DNA of 64,000 nt from Nemertoderma westbladi (lineage: Eukaryota > Animalia > Xenacoelomorpha), in the NCBI GenBank assembly GCA_032718475.1, contig JAUCBJ010006247.1, positions 1-64,000 of the forward strand, written 5' to 3'. The notes below the pieces were generated by a model that searched no databases, was not told the origin of the DNA, and saw only the letters and a list, made by a program, of their open reading frames with translations. The number at the start of each line of letters is the position of its first letter. The first letter of the stretch is position 1. Of the stretch, positions 13,584 through 25,809 are shown in pieces. The position numbers and the translations under genes were made by a program.

Positions 13584-13770
13584 TATTTCAATGTGTAAAG
13601 GTGACAGAAATAATTAGCGGTAAATACAAAAATAAATTGAAACACCGATTGAGTGACGTATTAGTGATGGAAAGCAATGTGAAGATGTTGTAATGAAATG
13701 TGATGTTTGATTTCCGGTAGACTAGAAGAACAAGCGGAGAGTGGAATCCAAGTTGTCGGAGAAGCGCAAT

Positions 13771-13828
13771 ATCTTTTTGTAGGTTTTTAATTTTTTAATT
13801 TTTTTTATTTTAGTCTCTTCTTTTTAGT
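13771..13828 (-). promoter_or_regulatory. A-rich tract in the presumed PABP 5' UTR (candidate autoregulatory sequence)
   Basis: Interrupted oligo-A runs on the minus strand ~190-245 nt upstream of the ATG; PABPC1 mRNAs are known to carry an A-rich 5' UTR element. Inclusion in the transcript is inferred. Confidence 0.6.
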
Positions 13829-13989
13829 ATATCATTATTGGTTTGGTATATTTAGCTAACATGTACCACCGGTACAGAATCTACCATCTACGGTTAGCTA
13901 TCTAGTATATCTCCTCTAGACCATACAAGGTTATTGCTGACCAGCCTATCGCTCAACCCCACCAAAATGTCTTTATGACTACGGAATAC

Positions 13990-15321
13990 TTTCGATATTC
14001 AACTCAGATCAGCTATAAAATAATGCAAAAATTTATAAAATATTGTGTGTTCAACATGATTTTGCTTTAAATTGAGTTGAACTAGTTCCAGGTATATGGC
14101 AACATTTTTGCACTGAATCGACACTTATTGCCATTTTGTTCAGTTGGTTATAAACTTCTGCTACTCCTATTGGGAAGAGCTTATACCATCCTGCCATTCG
14201 AACCGCAATGATCGATATAGTGGGGGAAACTGGACCCAAGTCCGGCCTATACGAATTAATATCGCGGCTCAATGTGAAATTCTAAATGCTCAATGTAGGG
14301 AGAGGACCAATATGGACGCATCTACTACCGCTATCAGTCTATGTGCAGATGTGCATTTCAGTACAAAGATTACTTCCAATTACTGCACTGAATCCAGTGC
14401 TAATTGAAACCGCAATTATCAGATTATAGATTTAGTGGGGGTAGATACCTTCAAAAAGAGAGTAGGACTGTAGGAGTAGAGTGACTACATACTGACATAC
14501 CTGATACAGGTCAGCCGGTATTGCGTATTGCAGGTATTGAGACATTGCCCAACATGTTTGGGTTGGCTTCTACCTGTCTACCGGTATGATCATTGATCAG
14601 TTGATCAATGTTCAAATTTTGAGATGAGACACATGTACATTTTATAAAATATCTCGAAAAGTAATCACTCTACCTGTCTACTCACTGTTCTACTCTCATT
14701 TTGAGAGACAGGAGGGGGGGGGGGGGGGGGGGGGTCTGGCTGACTGGACAGCTGGACGCAAAACCAGCCTTGGCGAATTAATATCCCGCCTCAATGTTAA
14801 ATTCTCAATTTAGGGAAAGGAGCAGGTTACAGTGGCACGTTATTTTAACCAAAACAATAAACTAAACACAATAGAACAGGCTGACAGGTTACAGTTTTAT
14901 TTTTGAGAGTAATTGGTAATCATCTGTTATTTGCGTCGAATTTCCCCTGGCACCTGGAGAGGGATGTATTTTTATCTGACAGTCTGACTTATTATCTGAT
15001 TTATTGTCTGACTGTGGAACTGGACACAATAAAAATTCATCCCTCTCCAGGGGAAATTCGCGCAAATAACAGATGATTTGATTACCAATTACTCTCAAAA
15101 ATAAAACTAGTTCAGTAGTTCCAGGCTGGAACTACCGGTACTGAACTAGTTCCACTAAATTTAACAGGTTTAAAGCAAAAAGATGTTGAACACACAATAT
15201 TTTATACCTTACTCCTGCAGTCCTGTACTCTTACCAGCTTACTGTCTTATTACATTGCTCTTATCTGTTTATACAGTTCTGTTACCGGTAGCCTATAGCT
15301 GAGCCGAGTTGAATATCGAAA
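13990..15321. mobile_element. Old degenerate non-autonomous DNA transposon with inverted arms
   Basis: TTTCGATATTCAACTCAGATCAGCTATA (13990) and ATAAAATATTGTGTGTTCAACAT (14035) have reverse-complement partners at ~15295-15321 and ~15170-15206; termini and TSD unclear. Confidence 0.55.
14893..15108. mobile_element. ~215-bp hairpin MITE nested in the older element
   Basis: AGTTTTATTTTTGAGAGTAATTGGTAATC...CCCCTGG...GAGGGATG arm mirrored by CATCCCTCTCCAGGGG...GATTACCAATTACTCTCAAAAATAAAACT. Confidence 0.75.
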
Positions 15322-16391
15322 TTTTTTTTGGGCCACCTTAACTGCCTTCACCAGTCCCCTACACCTAGTCAAAACCAGCATATACCGGTACCGGTATCAG
15401 TCTGGCAGTACTGCAGTCAGGCAGTAGGCCTTATCTATCAGCCTATCTGCCTATAGTACTTGATTTACAATCAGACAATGTACTGTATAGTACTGTACTG
15501 ACTGACTCATGTAGCGATGTAGGTAGGTCAGTAGGTGGTAGGCGCACTGCACACTGATCTGCTACTGCTGATGTCAGGATGTGTAGGGTAGGGTAGGTAT
15601 AGGCTGATAGGCGAATAGCTGAATAGGCCTAGCTGCAGCCTGCAGGGGGGTCCCCAGGCACTGAGGCTGCCAGTGCCAGGTCCCCACCCCTGTACCTAAC
15701 CAGTGCCCTGCTGACTGCCTGACACCTGAGCTGAATCCTGCCTGCTCCTGACACCTGACTGACTCGCATATAATTGCAGAATTGTACTCGCATAATTATT
15801 CTGCAATTGACAACCAACCACAAACAACAGACTGTAAGTTACCGGTAGTACAACAGGCTGACTGGTAGGGGTACAGCTGTACTGCCTGACTGCAGTACTG
15901 TCGATGTCCTTGTCATTGTCAACACTGTGACGACTGTCAGTCTGTGATGATGACGGGAAGAGACCTAGGCCTCTTACATGCCACATGCTGACATGTTCAA
16001 GCACGTGAGCCACCCAGATCCAAACGAACTTAGCCTGGATATTCAAACACTCTGACACTGCTGCACTGTAGATCCAAACTTCTGATTAGATGAACCGAAC
16101 AGCATAACGAAATTTTAGGTAGCTAATAATACTGTAAATATGCTTCTTTATTTTTGACAGACAGACAGACAGTCTAGATATCTCTTTACTGCTTTAAGCA
16201 TAAAAGCTGACACCGGGAATGGATTTTCCGATAAGAAACCCATAAACGACAATTTAGTTAGCTACTATACTCCTCTAATTTTGACAGAACACATACAATA
16301 ATAGACAGATACAGAATAATTCCCGGCCCTTAACCCTATTACCACTGGGATGTTTGTTTAGACCATTAGCAGCACTGGCGGGGGGCAGATG

Positions 16392-16438
16392 GTGAGAAAA
16401 AGCGCCATACATTACCAAGTGAGCAAAAGCGCCATACA
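16392..16438 (+). repeat. ~1.7 units of the 27-bp minisatellite immediately 5' of the RTE-X-like LINE
   Basis: GTGAGAAAAAGCGCCATACATTACCAAGTGAGCAAAAGCGCCATACA matches the array at 20748-22174. Confidence 0.92.
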
Positions 16439-19400
16439 AGACAAACAACGAATCTCAATCCCACAAACTGCGTTCGTATAAAGTAAATTCCCAATCGAGC
16501 CATGTGGAATCTAACCAAACAAATCCGAGAAATTCATTCCATTGGTATCAAACTAAACCAGAGTCAAGGGATAAACTAGGAGGGGATCAATAAAGGATGA
16601 ATCCTACTTCTAGATACCAACCCTCTGGCCAAGAAAGTTTGGAGCATAAGCAACACAATCAACAGAATAATGAGTATGGTATGGTAATCGACCACAAAGT
16701 GCTGAGAACAATCGAAGTACTGAACAGAAGGAAATATATGGTAATCGACCAACCGGTGAACTTAATAATAGTAGTCATATAGGCTCAGTTTCACCATACT
16801 ATGCCTATTCTATATTATATAGTATAGTATATACTATGACTATATATTATTCGTGACTGGGATAGCTTGCAGCAGTAATCAAGATGACGTCCAATCATAC
16901 CTCTCTGGTAGGAGCATTATGATTCACAATATTAAAGTAATTTGCCAAGGGTACCTTTACAAATCCATGAGAATTGTTATTGATTTACACAACCTTGAGC
17001 GAGTTTGTAGTTCAAGTTTCTGGCCATCTGGTATTTCATGTCGCGAATGGCGAGTGAATCAACAGCCTGCATTTCCAAGGGTTGGTATGGTTTATAATCG
17101 TGGAAGATTATCCGAGCATAACAGAAGTATGTACACACGGAAACAGCCGAGTAATATATGGCAGGGATCCGGTAGTTACAGAACTCAAACTCCAGGGCAT
17201 CACGAGCATATAAACCATCTACGATCCAGTCATCATAGGCCACAAGGGATTGGAAATGGTGGATTAACCTTAGCCAGTGAGAACAAAGTAGGTCCAAGTG
17301 GGGCCAGAGAATTTCAGTACCGAGTTTAGTGACGCCGCCCAGCAGTCAGCTCAATGCACTAATTTAAATGCAGTGCGCTTTGGAACTATAAACTGTCATG
17401 GTTATAACTCCAACTCAGATTATATTGTAGATTTGTTAAATAATTTGGATGTTCTGGCAGTGCAAGAGCACTGGTTGGATGAAACTGGAGCGAATTTACT
17501 ATTACCGGGCCTAAACAATGATTTTGAATGCAATTATTTAATCAGTGAACAGGTGAAGAATCCAACTCGTACTCGTGGAGCTGGAGGAGTTTGCTTTCAA
17601 ATGGCATCGCAAAGGGATTTTCTCAAAGACACTATCTCTAGCGGCGATGACATTGTAGGAATATTAGCTTACCCAACCCAACCTCAACGTCAACACAGGT
17701 ATATACACGGGCAATATGATATTATCATGTTATGCACCAGAATCATCCAAACCCTCAGAGAAATTTGAGAATTTCTTGGGATGGCTCACTAATGTATTGG
17801 ATTCAGTGAACTACGCTCTGCCGATAATCTTAGGAGATCTCAATTCTGATATCGGATCGTTGCAGGGGCCCGGTGGAATAAACAAAAACCATCAGCGCAT
17901 GGACGTCGTCTGCATGATTTCCTGAGTAACAAGGAGTTTCTTGTGATGGATACGTACGATATGTTTACTGGGCCAGTTGTCACTTTTAAGGGCTATGGGT
18001 CATCATACATAGACCATATTATTTCTTCTAAAATTGGAAACTGGAAAACGGGTAACAACACAACACCAACTAAACTATCGGTTAAAAGTAGAGCATGAAA
18101 TTAAAGAATTGTACACCTCCATCAACTTGCATCCATCTCGGTGGAAAAATACTGAAGTAGATAAGGTAGCCAAATCGGTCCAACAGATAATTTGTCAGTC
18201 AGCTTCTAAAATTCTGCCATCCATTAAACACAAACGCAAGACAAATAACATAAGGATTAGATCTTCAAGGTTACATATAATGGCAAAAATTACAAAGGAT
18301 CTATATAACCTGTGGTGTCGTGATGGCCAATGTATGGATAGCAATTATGGTAAAGCGTATCAGGAGTCCAAAAAATCAGTTCGGCGTCTCAAAAAATAGA
18401 AATCTAGTTTCAGCCAATGTCAGTAAGGTTGCAGCCACAATGACCTCAAATCCGAGCAAATTCTGGCAGAGCATTGCTTCTAATAAAAATACGAGTGGAA
18501 CAATACCAACAAATGCCCAGGAAAAGATAAGGTTTCGCACTAGAAGAGAGAAATTTTCCAGGTAAAGAGTTCTACACTTCCAACAATGAACTGAAATCTG
18601 ACTTGCAGAATAGCTGCCCAGACGCGGTGGTACCTACTGTCTCTGCTACGACACTACAGCGAGCAATTTTGGCTACCGGCAAATCTCCAGATAAAATGGG
18701 CCTTGTTATTGAACATGTGCTTAGGCTGGACGCTTACTTTATTTGCAGAATTCTTGCAGACATTATAAATGTGTGTTAAAGAAGTGGACATATACCTGAG
18801 TTTTTTGGTGAAACAATATTCACAAGTCTGTATAAGGGAAAGGGACGTGACATCAACCATCATAAATCTTTCAGACAAATAGCCACAGTGAGTCTGTTCG
18901 GAAAAATATTTGAATCTATTGTCCTTCTGGAATTTTTGCCGATACAAGATTTGATTCCTAATGCTCAATTTGCGTATCAGAAGAAGATAGCTCAGATTTG
19001 GTTATAAGTGCTTTGTTAGAATTCTTGGAGTCTCAGCGTCGGTCTGGTAACACAGTGTTTCTATGTCAGTTGGATGTGACTGGTGCCTTTGATTATGTCG
19101 AATTCGTCTGTTTATTCCGGAATTTGAAGGATAATGTGAACCCATATGTGTGTCTTGCACTTCTCAACTATTACTTATGTACAGTGGCATATCTTAAATT
19201 TGGAAATGAGGTTCAGGTTGAAGGCATACCAATAACAAAAGGTGTTAAACAAGGTTCGTTGACCTCTCCCGCATTATTTATTTTTTACACAAGAGATGTG
19301 CTTCATTGCTTGGATGAATCTGGTTTGGGGTTTCTACTGGATCTTTTGTGGCTCGGTTCTATAGCTTACGCAGATGATATATTGTTGATTGGAAGAACAG

Positions 19401-20747
19401 TGGGGGAATTAACTACAGCTGTTGAAATCGTAGAAACACAATTGGCAAAGATAGGTCTCAAGATTGAGGGGAGTAAAACCAAGTGGGCGTATTGTCTCGG
19501 TCAAGGCTGCTCTTCACAATCTATACCATCACTAATAAATATAAATGGAACCCTTATAACGTCTTGTGAGCAAATCACATTTCTGGGTTTTCCAGTAAAC
19601 ACTAGCAAGAAATGCCATCTGCAAGATTGCATCCAAATAATCGCGAGTGTCTCGGATAGATTCCACAAGAATGGTTGGACAATTCGATGGCTGGATGTGG
19701 ATACTCTCGGTTATATATGGAGAACTGTTGCTATTCCTACGGTGCTTTATACAGCAAAATTCTTCGTCGGATCACTCACAAACTCAGAGCTTCAGCAACT
19801 AGATATTTATTATCACAAGATCCTCCGGGGTCTATTGTTTCTCGGGTCATATGCGAGCAATGCTGTAGTCTACTCTTTACTCGGATGTTATTCGTTCTCA
19901 GCAGAAATATTCAAAACCGGCACTAATATGATCCACAGGATACAATCGTGTCCCAACACTCTACTTCAGTCTATACTTCATGCGTGTCTTCGAAAGAATG
20001 CTGGATATACTAAGTCCGCGAACTATGTCGGCTTGGGCTCTGTTTATTCCAAGTGTATGGATGCATATCCCATGCCTAGGCTTAACTCGATGCTTAGCTC
20101 GCAGTATAATAGATCAGAACTTTTGAAACATTTCCAGTGCAGTGCACTTACTTTCTCAGAGCAAATGGATACAACTTTTGTTAAATCGTGCTATGCGCAA
20201 TCGGCACCATTTATAACAAAGCATGACCGGATATTACAATACTACAATTTGGTTTAACTTTAAGGGGGGGGGGGGGGGGGGGGGGGGGTAGTAATTTTAC
20301 TACAATTTGGTAAATCTCAAAGTTCCAAATATTTTTGACCTGATTGCTGGGCTTAAAGTTACGAATATCTTTTGAACTGTTTTCAACCTGGCAATTGGAT
20401 ATATTGTTTATAATGAATGAGTATATTGGTCCTACTATAGCCTTTGTTAATCTGCAGAGTGCAGCGACCGGATTGTCTGTATCTTTTAAATCTTTTTATT
20501 TCTTTTTTTTAATGGTCAGTTTTAATGAGTATATTGGTCACATAGCCCTCGTTGTTAATCTGCTGAGTGCAGTGACCTGATTATCTGTATATATTAATTA
20601 GTTTGATGTTGCTATAGATATATATATTCCGAGTCGACTTTAAACATTTGCGTTTTATATGTCCGTATTTTATTTGAAATTTTATCATTATATTATATTA
20701 AATGCCAGCCTGTCTGGTGCTGTGCCACTGTGCACGCGACTAATAAA
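16439..20747 (+). mobile_element. Decayed non-LTR retrotransposon, RTE-X-like (ORF1 remnant, APE endonuclease, RT)
   Basis: ORF1-like FWPSGISCREW; APE motifs GTINCHG, DVLAVQEHWL, GAGGV, ILGDLNSD, SYIDHI; RT motifs LDVTGAFD, GVKQGSLTSP, IAYADD; 3' end GGTGCTGTGCCACTGTGCAC...AATAAA. Clade call from QEHWL and the 3' end is by recall. Confidence 0.85.
17370..20257 (+). pseudogene. Disrupted LINE ORF2 (endonuclease-reverse transcriptase)
   Basis: Domains split across ORFs 17298-17768, 17716-17925, 18034-18399, 18320-18565 and 18998-20257 by frameshifts and stops. Confidence 0.85.
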
Positions 20748-22174
20748 ATTACCAAGTGAGCAAAAGCGCTATACATTACCAAGTGAGCAAAAGCGCCATA
20801 TATTACCAAGTGAGCAAAAGCGCCATACATTACCAAGTGAGCAAAAGCGCCATATATTACCAAGTGAGCAAAAGCGCCATACATGACCAAGTGAGCAAAA
20901 GCGCCATATATTACCAAGTGAGCAAAAGCGCCATACATTACCAAGTGAGCAAAAGCGCCATATATTACCAAGTGAGCAAAAGCGCCATACATTACCAAGT
21001 GAGCAAAAGCGCCATACATTACCAAGTGAGAAAAAGCGCCATACATTACCAAGTGAGCAAAAGCGCCATACATTACCAAGTGAGCAAATACACCATGTAT
21101 TACCAAGTGAGCAAAAGCGCCATACATTACCAAGTGAGCAAAAGCGCCATACATTACCAAGTGAGCAAAAGCGCCATATATTACCAAGTGAGCAAAAGCG
21201 CCATACATTACCAAGTGAGCAAAAGCGCCATACATTACCAAGTGAGCAAAAGCGCCATACATTACCAAGTGAGCAAAAACGCCATACATTACCAAGTGAG
21301 CAAAAGCGCCATACATTACCAAGTGAGCAAAAGCGCCATACATTACCAAGTGAGCAAAAGCGCCATACATTACCAAGTGAGCAAAATCGCCATACATTAC
21401 CAAGTGAGCAAAAGCGCCATACATTACCAAGTGAGCAAAAATGCCATACATTAGCAAGTGAGCAAAAGCGCCATATATTACCAAGTGAGCAAAAGCGCCA
21501 TACATTACCAAGTGATCAAAAGCGCCATATATTACCAAGTGAGCAAAAGCGCCATACATTACCAAGTGAGCAAAAGCGCCATACATTACCAAGTGAGCAA
21601 AAGCGCCAACATTACCAAGTGAGCAAAAACGCCATACATTACCAAGTGAGCAAAAGCGCCATATATTACCAAGTGAGCAAAAGCGCCATACATTACCAAG
21701 TGAGCAAAAGCGCCATACATTACCAAGTGAGGAGCAAAAGCGCCATACATTGCCAAGTGAGCAAAAGCGCCATACATTACCAAGTGAGCAAAAGCGTCAT
21801 ACATTAACAAGTGAGCAAAAGCGCCATACATTACCAAGTGAGCAAAAGCGCCATACATTACCAAGTGAGCAAAATCGCCGTACATTACCAAGTGAGCAAA
21901 AGCGCCATACATTACCAAGTGAGCAAAAGCGCCATACATTACCAAGTGAGCAAAAGCACCAATACATTACCAAGTGAGCAAAATCGCCGTACATTACCAA
22001 GTGAGCAAAAGCGCCATACATTACCAAGTGAGAAAAAACGCCATACATTACCAAGTGAGCAAAAGCGCCATACATTACCAAGTGAGGAAAAGCACCAATA
22101 CATTACCAAGTGAGCAAAATCGCCGTACATTACCAAGTGAATAAAATCGCCGTACATTACCAAGTGAGCAAAAG
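20748..22174 (+). repeat. 27-bp minisatellite (ACCAAGTGAGCAAAAGCGCCATACATT)n, about 52 units
   Basis: Begins directly after the LINE AATAAA; 9-aa periodicity in all spurious ORFs. Confidence 0.98.
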
Positions 22175-22423
22175 AAAGTAGAAATAAACAACAAACGGGA
22201 GTGGTTACTAGATTTATCGCTTCGCGGATAAATAAAATAAATATACTATGTTTTTAGCGCAAAATGCCGCCTTCTCTTTTTGAAGGTTTAATTAATTAAG
22301 CTCTTTAATATTGTAATGTCAAGGAATATTAATTAATGAAAATATCATATCACTTTTAGGCAAATAATATTTGCAGTTAGTAAAACACTGTAGTAGGTAA
22401 ACTGTAAATAATCTTACTGCTTA

Positions 22424-22747
22424 CTCTGGAGTCCCGAATAGACGGGGTGGCTGGAATAAATGTGGTGGGTGGAAAATTTTGAAAAACTTACTTAACATAC
22501 AGTATAGGCGTACAGGTACAGCAGTACTTACAGCTACCGGTGGTATACTCGCTCACACGGGTTTGGTTTTCTTTCACTTTCAACTCTCAATTATTATCAA
22601 AACAAACGTTGATTTAATCATAATAAAAAATGTACCAAATTTTTTAGAAAATATTAATAGTCGGGGTGTCTGGAATAAGAGAATTGTGGGTGGATTTTAT
22701 TTCAAAAATTAACAGCCGTGTCGCCCCGTCTATTCGGGACTCCAAAG
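22424..22747. mobile_element. ~325-bp MITE, probably TA-targeting (Tc1/mariner-pogo type)
   Basis: TIR TGGAGTCCCGAATAGACGGGG vs CCCCGTCTATTCGGGACTCCA; left end preceded by TA, right end degenerate. Confidence 0.7.
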
Positions 22748-23011
22748 AACTTGGGTGGCTATACAGGACACTCTGCTATAAGGTACCACGCAACCCCTGA
22801 AATGTAACTGAGAATGTACGATCCGTTCATTAGTAAAGGTAGACAAAGTTCAACATTCACTCAAATAATTATTTTCTCAATTTAAAACAATAAAAGGCAA
22901 CTGTATATAAGTATTCAAAAACATTTTATAAGTATATTGTAAGAAAAAAAGCACACAAGAGAATGAATAACCAAAATAATATAAAGTAACTTTATTTTAC
23001 ATGTATGAAGT

Positions 23012-24498
23012 TTACTTCCTTGAATAATCCTGGTGCATTGTGAAGCTCAATAGACTAGTATCTAAAGAATCGGGTTCGACATCGTTGGGTCTATAATCCC
23101 TGGAGTTGCTCTGTTTCCATAATGGGTGAACGCCTTCGTGGGTTCCACTGGATATGACTAGGGGGCGTGCAGCGTCGTCCCGTTCTGGGACACGGGAAGC
23201 GAGGCCATTGGGTACCGAGAACAGCGGGTCACGGGGCTCGTCTAGCAGCTGACACAGACCCAGCAGTCTGTCGCCTAGGTATTGGTGGTAGTCCACTGAG
23301 AGATAGTCAGCGTCGTAAGCCGTAGATAATGGCGTAGCCGCGGGGGGACTTACACTTATAGTCTGTTGTGTTGAATTAGGTATACTTGATGGGTTAAGGA
23401 CTGGTGGGTGTGATGGATTAATGACTGGAAATTGTGGTGGGTTAAGAAATGATGGGTGTGTTGCGTTAATGGCTGATGGATGTGATGAGGTAATGTCTGG
23501 AGGGTGTGATGGGTTAATGGCTGGTGGGTGCGATTGGGTAATGGCTGATGGTTGCGATGGGTTAATGACTGGTTGGTGTGGTGGATTAAGAAATGATGGG
23601 TGTGTTGGGTTAGTGGCTGATGGGTTAAAGACTGGTGGGTGTGATGGGTTCATGGATGATGGATGTGGTGGGGTAATGACTGGTGGATTATTGACTGGGT
23701 GGTATGTTGGATTACTAAATAGTGGGTTTGTAGGATTTGGTATAAGTGATGGATACGTGTGAGTTGTGTGTGGATTATTAAACGGATGGTGCGTTGTGTT
23801 GGGTGTATTGTCTGATGGCGACGGGTTAGTAAATAGCGGGTGCTCTGGGTTATTGTCTATTGGTGGGTGACACACCGAACTAATAGCTTGTGCGATATTC
23901 TGAGTATCATCGACAGAGTTCATTAATTTACTTGATGGATTTCTTGACTCCAAGGCTGTTAAAATTTTGGAATGATCTGCCATTTGACCAGCCGTGGTTT
24001 GCAAAGTTAATTTAATCATATTTAGATCCCTTTCTGTTGTTGTTTTAAAGGTTTCAAACTCAGACTGTCGATGAAGCATCTTCTCTTCAGCTTCCATAAG
24101 TTCCTTCGTAAGATGATCAACCAACAATCTCAGTTGGTTTATCTCACCACTCATTAACTCCCGTAACTTACCCTCCACTACTAATTGCTCTTCGCTCCCC
24201 TTAAGATATCGAGTTAGTTTAGTTACCATTGATAACAAACTGGCCGTGCAGTTAGATAGATTAGTGTTGGGTTTATCGGAACTAGTCTGTATGACGCCGT
24301 CCTGGCTAGGTGTGTCCGTTCTCCTTCTAGTCACCTGTTCATACGCCGTCACCTCACTCTCCAGTTCACGTATAGCTCTCTTAAAGTCTTCCATTGTCTG
24401 CAGAGAGGCCGATTGACCTGGTCTGGCAACTGAAGCTGGTCGGCTCTCATTAATTTCGTGCGGTTGGTTGCTATGGTCCCCAGACACGTGGGTAACAT
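23012..24498 (-). CDS. SPICE1: SPICE1-like, exon 3 (coiled-coil region plus P/H/N-rich repeats, stop)
   Basis: TTTTACAG acceptor at 24499-24500, phase 1 matching exon 2; RELESEVTAYEQVTRR and LTRYLKGSEEQL...LVDHLTKEL resemble recalled human SPICE1 HEMEEYERWTGR and LVRYLKESEIQL...LIDALTAEI; AATAAA shortly after the TAA. Confidence 0.75.
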
Positions 24499-25170
24499 CT
24501 GTAAAAGTTACAACAATTAGTTGGCTTGGATTAATTAAATACAATATAATATAACCACTTGTAGTACAATGATAGTTGGCGCAAGGATGTCTTGTGGGTT
24601 TCGTATGATACTTTAATCCTAAACTTAACCCTAAATCATATTACCGAATACTACAAATCAAACCGAATAATTAAGTAGGTGAAGGATTACGTCACGTTGA
24701 ATTTTCTAAAAACTACAAAACAAAGTGTTTTTTTTCATACGTATGGTGTATTATTTTTTTAGACCCTTTCTGGAATGTAATGATAATGACTGAATGTTCT
24801 TTCATATTCATACCATGTAGAAATGCGCCCAAACCAAAGGATATTGTAAAAAAACTACAAAACAAAATAAAAACAAGTTTAAATAAATAAATTCCAAACC
24901 CTAGCTATTTCCATCACCGGAACTGACGAATTTGATGATATAGTTAATGATTAGAGTTCATTATTTGAGATAATTATTGGTAAGCATAAGCAAAGCATCA
25001 CTGTGAAGTCACAAATACAAGACACACTCCGTACGTTATGAAAGCCCCTAGATAAAAACGTATGTGACTAAATGGATATTTCAATTAAATAATAACTCCA
25101 GACTTTCATCGCATTTGTTCAATAAATCATAGTGATATTCCCCCTCACCTCACCCAGGTAGGTTACCAAC

Positions 25171-25522
25171 CTTGAGTACCGCAGTTCCTTACAGTTGAAC
25201 CGGAATTCCCTTTAAACCTTCCCAACACTCGCAACGATCCCGTTGGCAAGGCTTCCAGCAAGTGATCCAAAACCTCGTTGGAATTAAGAACATTATTATC
25301 CGGGATGGAGGCTTCTTCTGTGACGAACTGTTTGAACCTATTAATATCCAGTCTATCCTCGAACTCCACACAGCCTTCCTGCTCACCCGGCTCTTCCTCT
25401 ACCTCTGGTGATCTGGACTGGCCGCGGTTTCTGGACTCGCCGGTTGGCTGATTGTTTGAAGTCGGTGCTTTGGTTACATGCGGCGAACCTTCGTAAAAAG
25501 CACCGTAATTTCCGAATATAGC
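25171..25522 (-). CDS. SPICE1: SPICE1-like, exon 2
   Basis: AAATTTAG acceptor (25523-25524), open frame AIFGNYGAFYEGSPHVTKAP...DINRFKQFVTEE (cf. recalled GFPNVTVAP, DRFLQQLTEE), donor GTTGGT at 25170; phases 0/1 fit the flanking exons. Confidence 0.75.
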
Positions 25523-25809
25523 CTAAATTTCAATAACAACATCAATTGGAAGCTCTAACGAGCTAACAAGGAATTGACTTAGAACTACCTTATTTCCTTA
25601 AATTATTATCATTTTTTATTTACCGCTGAAATTTAAATTAAGATCGCAACGGATTTTAGAGAATTTAAACTCACCAATAATTAGGCTAATTAAAGTTGAT
25701 TTAAATATAACAAATCTATTCCTGCAGTTTGTTAATAATAATAATAATAAATATCATAGTGACATTGAAAGATATTTTCAATCAGGCGCCCGTTTGTTGG
25801 GTTATATTG

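Noticed and set aside
20693-22163. MYGAFAHLV / SKSAIHYQV repeat ORFs
   Set aside because: 27-bp minisatellite open in multiple frames, with indels.
22208-22235. GCGAAGC hairpin next to CTAG (Helitron-like 3' end, minus strand)
   Set aside because: No matching 5' end or second copy visible; too short to support.
24499-24544. N-terminus of the 510-aa ORF (MYLINPSQLIVVTF)
   Set aside because: Intronic sequence upstream of the exon 3 acceptor.
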